A stretch of 64,000 nt of DNA from Eledone cirrhosa (lineage: Eukaryota): assembly GCA_964016885.1 (NCBI GenBank), contig OZ024751.1, positions 1,054,001-1,118,000 of the forward strand. The letters run 5' to 3'. A program made the translations under genes and the position numbers. Positions 15,001-30,000 of the stretch are shown one piece after another. The notes under the pieces are model-generated. The model saw nothing but the letters and a program-made list of their open reading frames with translations, was not told where the DNA came from and made no database searches. How positions within the stretch are numbered: the stretch's first letter is position 1; every line of letters starts with the position of its first letter.

Positions 15001-18000
15001 CAACTGTACACGATTCCCTGAGTACAGTGTGTGAGTGTAGATATGTATATATCAACTGTACACGCTTCCCTGAGTACAGTGTGTGAGTGTAGATATGTGT
15101 ACATCAACTGTACACGCTTCTCTGAGTACAGTGGGTGAGTGTAGATGTGTATATATCAACTATACACGCTTCTCTGAGTACAGTGGGTGAATGTAGATAT
15201 GTATATATCAACTGTACGCACTTCTCTGAGTACAGTGTGTGAGTGTAGATATGTGTATATCAACTGTACACACTTCCCTGAGTACAGTGTGTGAGTGTAG
15301 ATATGTGTATATCAACTATACACACTTCCCTGAGTACAGTGTGTGAGTGTAGATATGTGTATATCAACTGTACACACTTCTCTGAGTATAGTGTGTGAGT
15401 GTAGATATGTGTATATCAACTGTACACACTTCCCTGAGTACAGTGTGTGAGTGTAGATATGTATATATCAACTGTACACACTTCTCTGAGTACAGTGTGT
15501 GAGTGTAGATATGTATATATCAACTGTACACACTTCTCTGAGTACAATGTGTGAGTGTAGATATGTGTATATCAACTGTACACACTTCCCTGAGTACAGT
15601 GTGTGAGTGTAGATATGTGTATATCAACTGTACACACTTCCCTGAGTAGAGTGTGTGAGTGTAGATATGTATATATCAACTGTACACACTTCCCTGAGTA
15701 CAGTGTGTGAGTGTAGATATGTATATATCAACTGTACACACTTCCTGAGTACAGTGTGTGAGTGTAGATATGTATATATCAACTATACACGCATCTCTGA
15801 GTACCGTGTGTGAGTGTAGATATGTATATATCAACTGTACACACTTCCCTGAGTACAGTGTGTGAGTTTAGATATGTATATATCAACTGTACACACTTCC
15901 CTGAGTACAGTGTGTGAGTGTAGATATGTATATATCAACTGTACACGCTTCCCTGAGTACAGTGTGTGAGTGTAGATATGTATATATCAACTGTACACAC
16001 TTCCCTGAGTACAGTGTGTGAGTGTAGATATGTGTATATCAACGGTACACGCTTCCCTGAGTACAGTGTGTGAGTGTAGATATGTATATATCAACTGTAC
16101 ACGCTTCTCTGAGTACAGTGGGTGAGTGTAGATATGTATATATCAACTGTACACACTTCCCTGAGTACAGTGTGTGAGTGTAGATATGTATATATCAACT
16201 GTACACACTTCTCTGAGTACAGTGGGTGAGTGTAGATATGTATATATCAACTGTACACACTTCCCTGAGTACAGTGTGTGAGTGTAGATATGTGTATATC
16301 AACTATACACACTTCCCTGAGTACAGTGTGTTAGTGTAGATAAGTATATATCAACTACACACACTTCCCTGAGTACAGTGTGTGAGTGTAGATATGTGTA
16401 TATCAACTGTACACACTTCCCTGAGTACAGTGTGTGAGTGTAGATATGTGTATATCAATTGTACACGCTTCCCTGAGTACAGTGTGTGAGTGTAGATATG
16501 TATATATCAACTGTACACACTTCCCTGAGTACAGTGGGTGAGTCTAGATATGTATATATCAACTGTACACACTTCCCTGAGTACAGTGTGTGAGTGTAGA
16601 TATGTATATATCAACTGTACACACTTCCCTGAGTACAGTGTGTGAGTGTAGATATGTATATATCAACTGTACACACTACCCTGAGTACAGTGTGTGAGTG
16701 TAGATATGTATATATCAACTGTACACACTTCTCTGAGTACAGTGTGTGAGTGTAGATATGTGTATATCAACTATACACACTTCCCTGAGTACAGTGTGTG
16801 AGTGTAGATATGTATATATCAACTATACACGCTTCTCTGAGTACAATGTGTGAGTGTAGATATGTATATATCAACAGTACACACTTCCCTGAGTACAGTG
16901 TGTGAGTGTAGATATGTGTATATCAACTGTACACGCTTCTCTGAGTACAGTGGGTGAATGTAGATATGTGTATATCAACTATACACACTTCCCTGAGTAC
17001 AGTGTGTGAGTGTAGATATGTGTATATCAACTGTACACGCTTCCCTGAGTACACTGTGTGAGTGTAGATATGTATATATCAACTGTACACGCTTCTCTGA
17101 GTACAGTGGGTGAGTGTAGATATGTGTATATCAACTGTACACGATTCCCTGAGTACAGTGTGTTAGTGTAGATAAGTATATATCAACTACACACACTTCC
17201 CTGAGTACAGTGTGTGAGTGTAGATATGTGTATATCAACTGTACACACTTCCCTGAGTACAGTGTGTGAGTGTAGATATGTGTATATCAATTGTACACGC
17301 TTCCCTGAGTACAGTGTGTGAGTCTAGATATGTATATATCAACTGTACACACTTCCCTGAGTACAGTGTGTGAGTGTAGATATGTATATATCAACTGTAC
17401 ACACTTCCCTGAGTACAGTGTGTGAGTGTAGATATGTATATATCAACTGTACACACTTCCCTGAGGACAGTGTGTGAGTGTAGATATGTATATATCAACT
17501 GTACACACTTCTCTGAGTACAGTGTGTGAGTGTAGATATGTGTATATCAACTATACACACTTCCCTGAGTACAGTGTGTGAGTGTAGATATGTATATATC
17601 AACTATACACGCTTCTCTGAGTACAATGTGTGAGTGTAGATATGTATATATCAACAGTACACACTTCCCTGAGTACAGTGTGTGAGTGTAGATATGTGTA
17701 TATCAACTGTACACGCTTCTCTGAGTACAGTGGGTGAATGTAGATATGTGTATATCAACTATACACACTTCCCTGAGTACAGTGTGTGAGTGTAGATATG
17801 TGTATATCAACTGTACACGCTTCCCTGAGTACACTGTGTGAGTGTAGATATGTATATATCAACTGTACACGCTTCTCTGAGTACAGTGGGTGAGTGTAGA
17901 TATGTGTATATCAACTGTACACGATTCCCTGAGTACAGTGTGTGAGTGTAGATATGTATATATCAACTGTACACGCTTCCCTGAGTACAGTGTGTGAGTG

Positions 18001-21000
18001 TAGATATGTGTATATCAACTGTACACGCTTCTCTGAGTACAGTGGGTGAGTGTAGATATGTATATATCAACTGTACGCACTTCTCTGAGTACAGTGTGTG
18101 AGTGTAGATATGTGTATATCAACTGTACACACTTCTCTGAGTACAGTGTGTGAGTGTAGATATGTGTATATCAACTGTACACACTTCCCTGAGTACAGTG
18201 TGTGAGTGTAGATATGTGTATATCAACTGTACACACTTCCCTGAGTAGAGTGTGTGAGTGTAGATATGTATATATCAACTGTACACACTTCCCTGAGTAC
18301 AGTGTGTGAGTGTAGATATGTATATATCAACTGTACACACTTCTCTGAGTACAGTGTGTGAGTGTAGATATGTGTATATCAACTGTACACACTTCCCTGA
18401 GTACAGTGTGTGAGTGTAGATATGTGTATATCAACTGTACACACTTCCCTGAGTAGAGTGTGTGAGTGTAGATATGTATATATCAACTGTACACACTTCC
18501 CTGAGTACAGTGTGTGAGTGTAGATATGTATATATCAACTGTACACACTTCCCTGAGTACAGTGTGTGAGTGTAGATATGTATATATCAACTATACACGC
18601 ATCTCTGAGTACCGTGTGTGAGTGTAGATATGTATATATCAACTGTACACACTTCCCTGAGTACAGTGTGTGAGTTTAGATATGTATATATCAACTGTAC
18701 ACACTTCCCTGAGTACAGTGTGTGAGTGTAGATATGTATATATCAACTGTACACGCTTCCCTGAGTATAGTGTGTGAGTGTAGATATGTATATATCAACT
18801 GTACACACTTCCCTGAGTACAATATGTGAGTGTAGATATGTGTATATCAACGGTACACGCTTCCCTGAGTACAGTGTGTGAGTGTAGATATGTATATATC
18901 AACTGTACACGCTTCTCTGAGTACAGTGGGTGAGTGTAGATATGTATATATCAACTGTACACACTTCCCTGAGTACAGTGTGTGAGTGTAGATATGTATA
19001 TATCAACTGTACACACTTCTCTGAGTACAGTGGGTGAGTGTAGATATGTATATATCAACTGTACACACTTCCCTGAGTACAGTGTGTGAGTGTAGATATG
19101 TGTATATCAACTATACACACTTCCCTGAGTACAGTGTGTTAGTGTAGATAAGTATATATCAACTACACACACTTCCCTGAGTACAGTGTGTGAGTGTAGA
19201 TATGTATATATCAACGGTACACGCTTCCCTGAGTACAGTGTGTGAGTGTAGATATGTATATATCAACTGTACACGCTTCTCTGAGTACAGTGGGTGAGTG
19301 TAGATATGTATATATCAACTGTACACGCTTCTCTGAGTACAGTGTGTGAGTGTAGATATGTATATATCAACTGTACACGCTTCTCTGAGTACAGTGGGTG
19401 AGTGTAGATATGTATATATCAACTGTACACACTTCCCTGAGTACAGTGTGTGAGTGTAGATATGTATATATCAACTGTACACACTTCTCTGAGTACAGTG
19501 GGTGAGTGTAGATATGTATATATCAACTGTACACACTTCTCTGAGTACAGTGTGTGAGTGTAGATATGTATATATCAACTGTACACACTTCTCTGAGGAC
19601 AGTGTGTGAGTGTAGATATGTATATATCAACTATACACACTTCCCTGAGTACAGTGGGTGAGTCTAGATATGTATATATCAACTGTACACGCTTCTCCGA
19701 GTACAGTGGGTGAGTGTAGATATGTGTATATCAACTGTACACGCTTCTCTGAGTACAGTGGGTGAATGTAGATATGTGTATATCAACTATACACACTTCC
19801 CTGAGTACAGTGTGTGAGTGTAGATATGTGTATATCAACTGTACACGCTTCCCTGAGTACACTGTGTGAGTGTAGATATGTATATATCAACTGTACACGC
19901 TTCTCTGAGTACAGTGGGTGAGTGTAGATATGTGTATATCAACTGTACACGATTCCCTGAGTACAGTGTGTGAGTGTAGATATGTATATATCAACTGTAC
20001 ACACTTCTCTGAGTACAGTGTGTGAGTGTAGATATGTGTATTTCAACTGTACACACTTCCCTGAGTACAGTGTGTGAGAGTAGATATGTATATATCAACT
20101 GTACACGCTTCTCTGAGTACAGTGGGTGAGTGTAGATATGTGTATATCAACTGTACACGCTTCCCTGAGTACAGTGTGTGAGTGTAGATATGTATATATC
20201 AACTGTACACGCTTCCCTGAGTACAGTGTGTGAGTGTAGATATGTGTATATCAACTGTACACACTTCTCTGAGTACAGTGTGTGAGTGTAGATATGTATA
20301 TATCAACTGTACACACTTCCCTGAGTACAGTGTGTGAGTGTAGATATGTGTATATCAACTATACACGCTTCTCTGAGTACAGTGTGTGAGTGTAGATATG
20401 TGTATATCAACTGTACACACTTCCCTGAGTACAGTGTGTGAGTGTAGATATGTATATATCAACTATACACGCTTCTCTGATACAGTGTGTGAGTGTAGAT
20501 ATGTATATATCAACTATACACGCTTCTCTGAGTACAGTGTGTGAGTGTAGATATGTATATATCAACTATACACACTTCCCTGAGTACAGTGTGTGAGTGT
20601 AGATATGTATATATCAACTATACACGCTTCTCTGATACAGTGTGTGAGTGTAGATATGTATATATCAACTATACACGCTTCTCTGAGTACAGTGTGTGAG
20701 TGTAGATATGTATATATCAACTGTACACACTTCCCTGAGTAGAGTGTGTGAGTGTAGATATGTATATATCAACTGTACACACTTCCCTGAGTAGAGTGTG
20801 TGAGTGTAGATATGTATATATCAACTATACACACTTCCCTGAGTACAGTGTGTGAGTGTAGATATGTGTATATCAACTATACACACTTCCCTGAGTAGAG
20901 TGTGTGAGTGTAGATATGTATATATCAACTATACACACTTCCTTGAGTACAGTGTGTGAGTGTAGATATGTGTATATCAACGGTACACGCTTCCCTGAGT

Positions 21001-24000
21001 ACAGTGTGTGAGTGTAGATATGTATATATCAACTGTACACGCTTCTCTGAGTACAGTGTGTGAGTGTAGATATGTGTATATCAACTGTACGCACTTCTCT
21101 GAGTACAGTGGGTGAGTGTAGATATGTGTATATCAACTGTACACACTTCCCTGAGTACAGTGTGTTAGTGTAGATATGTATATATCAACTGTACACGCTT
21201 CTCTGAGTACAGTGGGTGAGTGTAGATATGTATATATCAACTGTACACACTTCCCTGAGTACAGTGTGTGAGTGTAGATATGTGTATATCAACTATACAC
21301 ACTTCCCTGAGTACAGTGTGTTAGTGTAGATATGTATATATCAACTGTACATGCTTCTCTGAGTACAGTGGGTGAGTGTAGATATGTATATATCAACTGT
21401 ACACACTTCCCTGAGTACAGTGTGTGAGTGTAGATATGTATATATCAACTGTACACACTTCTCTGAGTACAGTGGGTGAGTGTAGATATGTATATATCAA
21501 CTGTACACACTTCCCTGAGTACAGTGTGTGAGTGTAGATATGTATATATCAACTGTACACACTTCCCTGAGTACAGTGTGTGAGTGTAGATATGTATATA
21601 TCAACTGTACACACTTCCCTGAGGACAGTGTGTGAGTGTAGATATGTATATATCAACTGTACACACTTCTCTGAGTACAGTGTGTGAGTGTAGATATGTG
21701 TATATCAACTATACACACTTCCCTGAGTACAGTGTGTTAGTGTAGATATGTATATATCAACTGTACACACTTCCCTGAGTACAGTGTGTGAGTGTAGATA
21801 TGTGTATATCAACTATACACGCTTCTCTGAGTACAGTGTGTGAGTGTAGATATGTGTATATCAACTGTACACACTTCCCTGAGTACAGTGTGTGAGTGTA
21901 GATATGTATATATCAACTATACACGCTTCTCTGATACAGTGTGTGAGTGTAGATATGTATATATCAACTATACACGCTTCTCTGAGTACAGTGTGTGACT
22001 GTAGATATGTATATATCAACTATACACACTTCCCTGAGTACAGTGTGTGAGTGTAGATATGTATATATCAACTATACACGCTTCTCTGATACAGTGTGTG
22101 AGTGTAGATATGTATATATCAACTATACACGCTTCTCTGAGTACAGTGTGTGAGTGTAGATATGTATATATCAACTGTACACACTTCCCTGAGTAGAGTG
22201 TGTGAGTGTAGATATGTATATATCAACTGTACACACTTCCCTGAGTAGAGTGTGTGAGTGTAGATATGTATATATCAACTATACACACTTCCCTGAGTAC
22301 AGTGTGTGAGTGTAGATATGTGTATATCAACTATACACACTTCCCTGAGTAGAGTGTGTGAGTGTAGATATGTATATATCAACTATACACACTTCCTTGA
22401 GTACAGTGTGTGAGTGTAGATATGTGTATATCAACGGTACACGCTTCCCTGAGTACAGTGTGTGAGTGTAGATATGTATATATCAACTGTACACGCTTCT
22501 CTGAGTACAGTGTGTGAGTGTAGATATGTGTATATCAACTGTACGCACTTCTCTGAGTACAGTGGGTGAGTGTAGATATGTGTATATCAACTGTACACAC
22601 TTCCCTGAGTACAGTGTGTTAGTGTAGATATGTATATATCAACTGTACACGCTTCTCTGAGTACAGTGGGTGAGTGTAGATATGTATATATCAACTGTAC
22701 ACACTTCCCTGAGTACAGTGTGTGAGTGTAGATATGTGTATATCAACTATACACACTTCCCTGAGTACAGTGTGTTAGTGTAGATATGTATATATCAACT
22801 GTACACGCTTCTCTGAGTACAGTGGGTGAGTGTAGATATGTATATATCAACTGTACACACTTCCCTGAGTACAGTGTGTGAGTGTAGATATGTATATATC
22901 AACTGTACACACTTCTCTGAGTACAGTGGGTGAGTGTAGATATGTATATATCAACTGTACACACTTCCCTGAGTACAGTGTGTGAGTGTAGATATGTATA
23001 TATCAACTGTACACACTTCCCTGAGTACAGTGTGTGAGTGTAGATATGTATATATCAACTGTACACACTTCCCTGAGGACAGTGTGTGAGTGTAGATATG
23101 TATATATCAACTGTACACACTTCTCTGAGTACAGTGTGTGAGTGTAGATATGTGTATATCAACTATACACACTTCCCTGAGTACAGTGTGTTAGTGTAGA
23201 TATGTATATATCAACTATACACGCTTCTCTGAGTACAATGTGTGAGTGTAGATATGTATATATCAACAGTACACACTTCCCTGAGTACAGTGTGTGAGTG
23301 TAGATATGTGTATATCAACTGTACACGCTTCTCTGAGTACAGTGGGTGAATGTAGATATGTGTATATCAACTATACACACTTCCCTGAGTACAGTGTGTG
23401 AGTGTAGATATGTGTATATCAACTGTACACGCTTCCCTGAGTACACTGTGTGAGTGTAGATATGTATATATCAACTGTACACGCTTCTCTGAGTACAGTG
23501 GGTGAGTGTAGATATGTGTATATCAACTGTACACGATTCCCTGAGTACAGTGTGTGAGTGTAGATATGTATATATCAACTGTACACGCTTCCCTGAGTAC
23601 AGTGTGTGAGTGTAGATATGTGTATATCAACTGTACACGCTTCTCTGAGTACAGTGGGTGAGTGTAGATATGTATATATCAACTGTACACACTTCTCTGA
23701 GTACAGTGGGTGAGTGTAGATATGTATATATCAACTGTACACACTTCCCTGAGTACAGTGTGTGAGTGTAGATATGTATATATCAACTGTACACACTTCC
23801 CTGAGTACAGTGTGTGAGTGTAGATATGTATATATCAACTGTACACACTTCCCTGAGGACAGTGTGTGAGTGTAGATATGTATATATCAACTGTACACAC
23901 TTCTCTGAGTACAGTGTGTGAGTGTAGATATGTGTATATCAACTATACACACTTCCCTGAGTACAGTGTGTGAGTGTAGATATGTATATATCAACTATAC

Positions 24001-27000
24001 ACGCTTCTCTGAGTACAATGTGTGAGTGTAGATATGTATATATCAACAGTACACACTTCCCTGAGTACAGTGTGTGAGTGTAGATATGTGTATATCAACT
24101 GTACACGCTACTCTGAGTACAGTGGGTGAATGTAGATATGTGTATATCAACTATACACACTTCCCTGAGTACAGTGTGTGAGTGTAGATATGTGTATATC
24201 AACTGTACACGCTTCCCTGAGTACACTGTGTGAGTGTAGATATGTATATATCAACTGTACACGCTTCTCTGAGTACAGTGGGTGAGTGTAGATATGTGTA
24301 TATCAACTGTACACGATTCCCTGAGTACAGTGTGTGAGTGTAGATATGTATATATCAACTGTACACGCTTCCCTGAGTACAGTGTGTGAGTGTAGATATG
24401 TGTATATCAACTGTACACGCTTCTCTGAGTACAGTGGGTGAGTGTAGATATGTATATATCAACTGTACGCACTTCTCTGAGTACAGTGTGTGAGTGTAGA
24501 TATGTGTATATCAACTGTACACACTTCTCTGAGTACAGTGTGTGAGTGTAGATATGTGTATATCAACTGTACACACTTCCCTGAGTACAGTGTGTGAGTG
24601 TAGATATGTGTATATCAACTGTACACACTTCCCTGAGTAGAGTGTGTGAGTGTAGATATGTATATATCAACTGTACACACTTCCCTGAGTACAGTGTGTG
24701 AGTGTAGATATGTATATATCAACTGTACACACTTCTCTGAGTACAGTGTGTGAGTGTAGATATGTGTATATCAACTGTACACACTTCCCTGAGTACAGTG
24801 TGTGAGTGTAGATATGTGTATATCAACTGTACACACTTCCCTGAGTAGAGTGTGTGAGTGTAGATATGTATATATCAACTGTACACACTTCCCTGAGTAC
24901 AGTGTGTGAGTGTAGATATGTATATATCAACTGTACACACTTCCCTGAGTACAGTGTGTGAGTGTAGATATGTATATATCAACTATACACGCATCTCTGA
25001 GTACCGTGTGTGAGTGTAGATATGTATATATCAACTGTACACACTTCCCTGAGTACAGTGTGTGAGTTTAGATATGTATATATCAACTGTACACACTTCC
25101 CTGAGTACAGTGTGTGAGTGTAGATATGTATATATCAACTGTACACGCTTCCCTGAGTATAGTGTGTGAGTGTAGATATGTATATATCAACTGTACACAC
25201 TTCCCTGAGTACAATGTGTGAGTGTAGATATGTGTATATCAACGGTACACGCTTCCCTGAGTACAGTGTGTGAGTGTAGATATGTATATATCAACTGTAC
25301 ACGCTTCTCTGAGTACAGTGGGTGAGTGTAGATATGTATATATCAACTGTACACACTTCCCTGAGTACAGTGTGTGAGTGTAGATATGTATATATCAACT
25401 GTACACACTTCTCTGAGTACAGTGGGTGAGTGTAGATATGTATATATCAACTGTACACACTTCCCTGAGTACAGTGTGTGAGTGTAGATATGTGTATATC
25501 AACTATACACACTTCCCTGAGTACAGTGTGTTAGTGTAGATAAGTATATATCAACTACACACACTTCCCTGAGTACAGTGTGTGAGTGTAGATATGTATA
25601 TATCAACGGTACACGCTTCCCTGAGTACAGTGTGTGAGTGTAGATATGTATATATCAACTGTACACGCTTCTCTGAGTACAGTGGGTGAGTGTAGATATG
25701 TATATATCAACTGTACACGCTTCTCTGAGTACAGTGTGTGAGTGTAGATATGTATATATCAACTGTACACGCTTCTCTGAGTACAGTGGGTGAGTGTAGA
25801 TATGTATATATCAACTGTACACACTTCCCTGAGTACAGTGTGTGAGTGTAGATATGTATATATCAACTGTACACACTTCTCTGAGTACAGTGGGTGAGTG
25901 TAGATATGTATATATCAACTGTACACACTTCTCTGAGTACAGTGTGTGAGTGTAGATATGTATATATCAACTGTACACACTTCTCTGAGTACAGTGTGTG
26001 AGTGTAGATATGTATATATCAACTGTACACGCTTCTCTGAGTACAGTGGGTGAGTGTAGATATGTGTATATCAACTGTACACGCTTCTCTGAGTACAGTG
26101 GGTGAATGTAGATATGTGTATATCAACTATACACACTTCCCTGAGTACAGTGTGTGAGTGTAGATATGTGTATATCAAGTGTACACGCTTCTCTGAGTAC
26201 AGTGGGTGAATGTAGATATGTGTATATCAACTATACACACTTCCCTGAGTACAGTGTGTGAGTGTAGATATGTGTATATCAACTGTACACGCTTCCCTGA
26301 GTACACTGTGTGAGTGTAGATATGTATATATCAACTGTACACGCTTCTCTGAGTACAGTGGGTGAGTGTAGATATGTGTATATCAACTGTACACGATTCC
26401 CTGAGTACAGTGTGTGAGTGTAGATATGTATATATCAACTGTACACACTTCTCTGAGTACAGTGTGTGAGTGTAGATATGTGTATTTCAACTGTACACAC
26501 TTCCCTGAGTACAGTGTGTGAGTGTAGATATGTATATATCAACTGTACACGCTTCTCTGAGTACAGTGGGTGAGTGTAGATATGTGTATATCAACTGTAC
26601 ACGCTTCCCTGAGTACAGTGTGTGAGTGTAGATATGTATATATCAACTGTACACGCTTCCCTGAGTACAGTGTGTGAGTGTAGATATGTGCATATCAACT
26701 GTACACACTTCTCTGAGTACAGTGTGTGAGTGTAGATATGTATATATCAACTGTACACACTTCCCTGAGTACAGTGTGTGAGTGTAGATATGTGTATATC
26801 AACTATACACGCTTCTCTGAGTACAGTGTGTGAGTGTAGATATGTGTATATCAACTGTACACACTTCCCTGAGTACAGTGTGTGAGTGTAGATATGTATA
26901 TATCAACTATACACGCTTCTCTGATACAGTGTGTGAGTGTAGATATGTATATATCAACTATACACGCTTCTCTGAGTACAGTGTGTGAGTGTAGATATGT

Positions 27001-30000
27001 ATATATCAACTATACACACTTCCCTGAGTACAGTGTGTGAGTGTAGATATGTATATATCAACTATACACGCTTCTCTGATACAGTGTGTGAGTGTAGATA
27101 TGTATATATCAACTATACACGCTTCTCTGAGTACAGTGTGTGAGTGTAGATATGTATATATCAACTGTACACACTTCCCTGAGTAGAGTGTGTGAGTGTA
27201 GATATGTATATATCAACTGTACACACTTCCCTGAGTAGAGTGTGTGAGTGTAGATATGTATATATCAACTATACACACTTCCCTGAGTACAGTGTGTTAG
27301 TGTAGATATGTGTATATCAACTATACACACTTCCCTGAGTAGAGTGTGTGAGTGTAGATATGTATATATCAACTATACACACTTCCTTGAGTACAGTGTG
27401 TGAGTGTAGATATGTGTATATCAACGGTACACGCTTCCCTGAGTACAGTGTGTGAGTGTAGATATGTATATATCAACTGTACACGCTTCTCTGAGTACAG
27501 TGTGTGAGTGTAGATATGTGTATATCAACTGTACGCACTTCTCTGAGTACAGTGTGTTAGTGTAGATATGTATATATCAACTGTACACGCTTCTCTGAGT
27601 ACAGTGGGTGAGTGTAGATATGTATATATCAACTGTACACACTTCCCTGAGTACAGTGTGTGAGTGTAGATATGTATATATCAACTGTACACACTTCCCT
27701 GAGTAGAGTGTGTGAGTGTAGATATGTATATATCAACTGTACACACTTCTCTGAGTACAGTGGGTGAGTGTAGATATGTATATATCAACTATACACACTT
27801 CCCTGAGTACAGTGTGTGAGTGTAGATATGTGTATATCAACTATACACACTTCCCTGAGTACAGTGTGTTAGTGTAGATAAGTATATATCAACTACACAC
27901 ACTTCCCTGAGTACAGTGTGTGAGTGTAGATATGTGTATATCAACGGTACACGCTTCCCTGAGTACAGTGTGTGAGTGTAGATATGTATATATCAACTGT
28001 ACACGCTTCTCTGAGTACAGTGGGTGAGTGTAGATATGTATATATCAACTGTACACACTTCCCTGAGTACAGTGTGTGAATGTAGATATGTATATATCAA
28101 CTGTACACACTTCTCTGAGTACAGTGGGTGAGTGTAGATATGTATATATCAACTGTACACACTTCCCTGAGTACAGTGTGTGAGTGTAGATATGTGTATA
28201 TCAACTATACACACTTCCCTGAGTACAGTGTGTTAGTGTAGATAAGTATATATCAACTACACACACTTCCCTGAGTACAGTGTGTGAGTGTAGATATGTA
28301 TATATCAACGGTACACGCTTCCCTGAGTACAGTGTGTGAGTGTAGATATGTATATATCAACTGTACACGCTTCTCTGAGTACAGTGGGTGAGTGTAGATA
28401 TGTATATATCAACTGTACACGCTTCTCTGAGTACAGTGTGTGAGTGTAGATATGTATATATCAACTGTACACGCTTCTCTGAGTACAGTGGGTGAGTGTA
28501 GATATGTATATATCAACTGTACACACTTCCCTGAGTACAGTGTGTGAGTGTAGATATGTATATATCAACTGTACACACTTCTCTGAGTACAGTGGGTGAG
28601 TGTAGATATGTATATATCAACTGTACACACTTCTCTGAGTACAGTGTGTGAGTGTAGATATGTATATATCAACTGTACACACTTCTCTGAGTTCAGTGTG
28701 TGAGTGTAGATATGTATATATCAACTATACACACTTCCCTGAGTACAGTGGGTGAGTCTAGATATGTATATATCAACTGTACACGCTTCTCTGAGTACAG
28801 TGGGTGAGTGTAGATATGTGTATATCAACTGTACACACTTCTCTGAGTACAGTGTGTGAGTGTAGATATGTATATATCAACTGTACACACTTCCCTGAGT
28901 ACAGTGTGTGAGTGTAGATATGTGTATATCAACTATACACGCTTCTCTGAGTACAGTGTGTGAGTGTAGATATGTGTATATCAACTGTACACACTTCCCT
29001 GAGTACAGTGTGTGAGTGTAGATATGTATATATCAACTATACACGCTTCTCTGAGTACAGTGTGTGAGTGTAGATATGTATATATCAACTATACACGCTT
29101 CTCTGAGTACAGTGTGTGAGTGTAGATATGTATATATCAACTATACACGCTTCTCTGAGTACAGTGTGTGAGTGTAGATATGTATATATCAACTGTACAC
29201 ACTTCCCTGAGTAGAGTGTGTGAGTGTAGATATGTATATATCAACTGTACACACTTCCCTGAGTAGAGTGTGTGAGTGTGGATATGTATATATCAACTAT
29301 ACACACTTCCCTGAGTACAGTGTGTGAGTGTAGATATGTGTATATCAACTATACACACTTCCCTGAGTAGAGTGTGTGAGTGTAGATATGTATATATCAA
29401 CTATACACACTTCCCTGAGTACAGTGTGTGAGTGTAGATATGTGTATATCAACGGTACACGCTTCCCTGAGTACAGTGTGTGAGTGTAGATATGTATATA
29501 TCAACTGTACACGCTTCTCTGAGTACAGTGTGTGAGTGTAGATATGTGTATATCAACTGTACGCACTTCTCTGAGTACAGTGGGTGAGTGTAGATATGTA
29601 TATATCAACTGTACACACTTCCCTGAGTACAGTGTGTGAGTGTAGATATGTGTATATCAACTATACACACTTCCCTGAGTACAGTGTGTTAGTGTAGATA
29701 TGTATATATCAACTGTACACGCTTCTCTGAGTACAGTGGGTGAGTGTAGATATGTATATATCAACTGTACACACTTCCCTGAGTACAGTGTGTGAGTGTA
29801 GATATGTATATATCAACTGTACACACTTCTCTGAGTACAGTGGGTGAGTGTAGATATGTATATATCAACTGTACACACTTCCCTGAGTACAGTGTGTGAG
29901 TGTAGATATGTGTATATCAACTATACACACTTCCCTGAGTACAGTGTGTTAGTGTAGATAAGTATATATCAACTACACACACTTCCCTGAGTACAGTGTG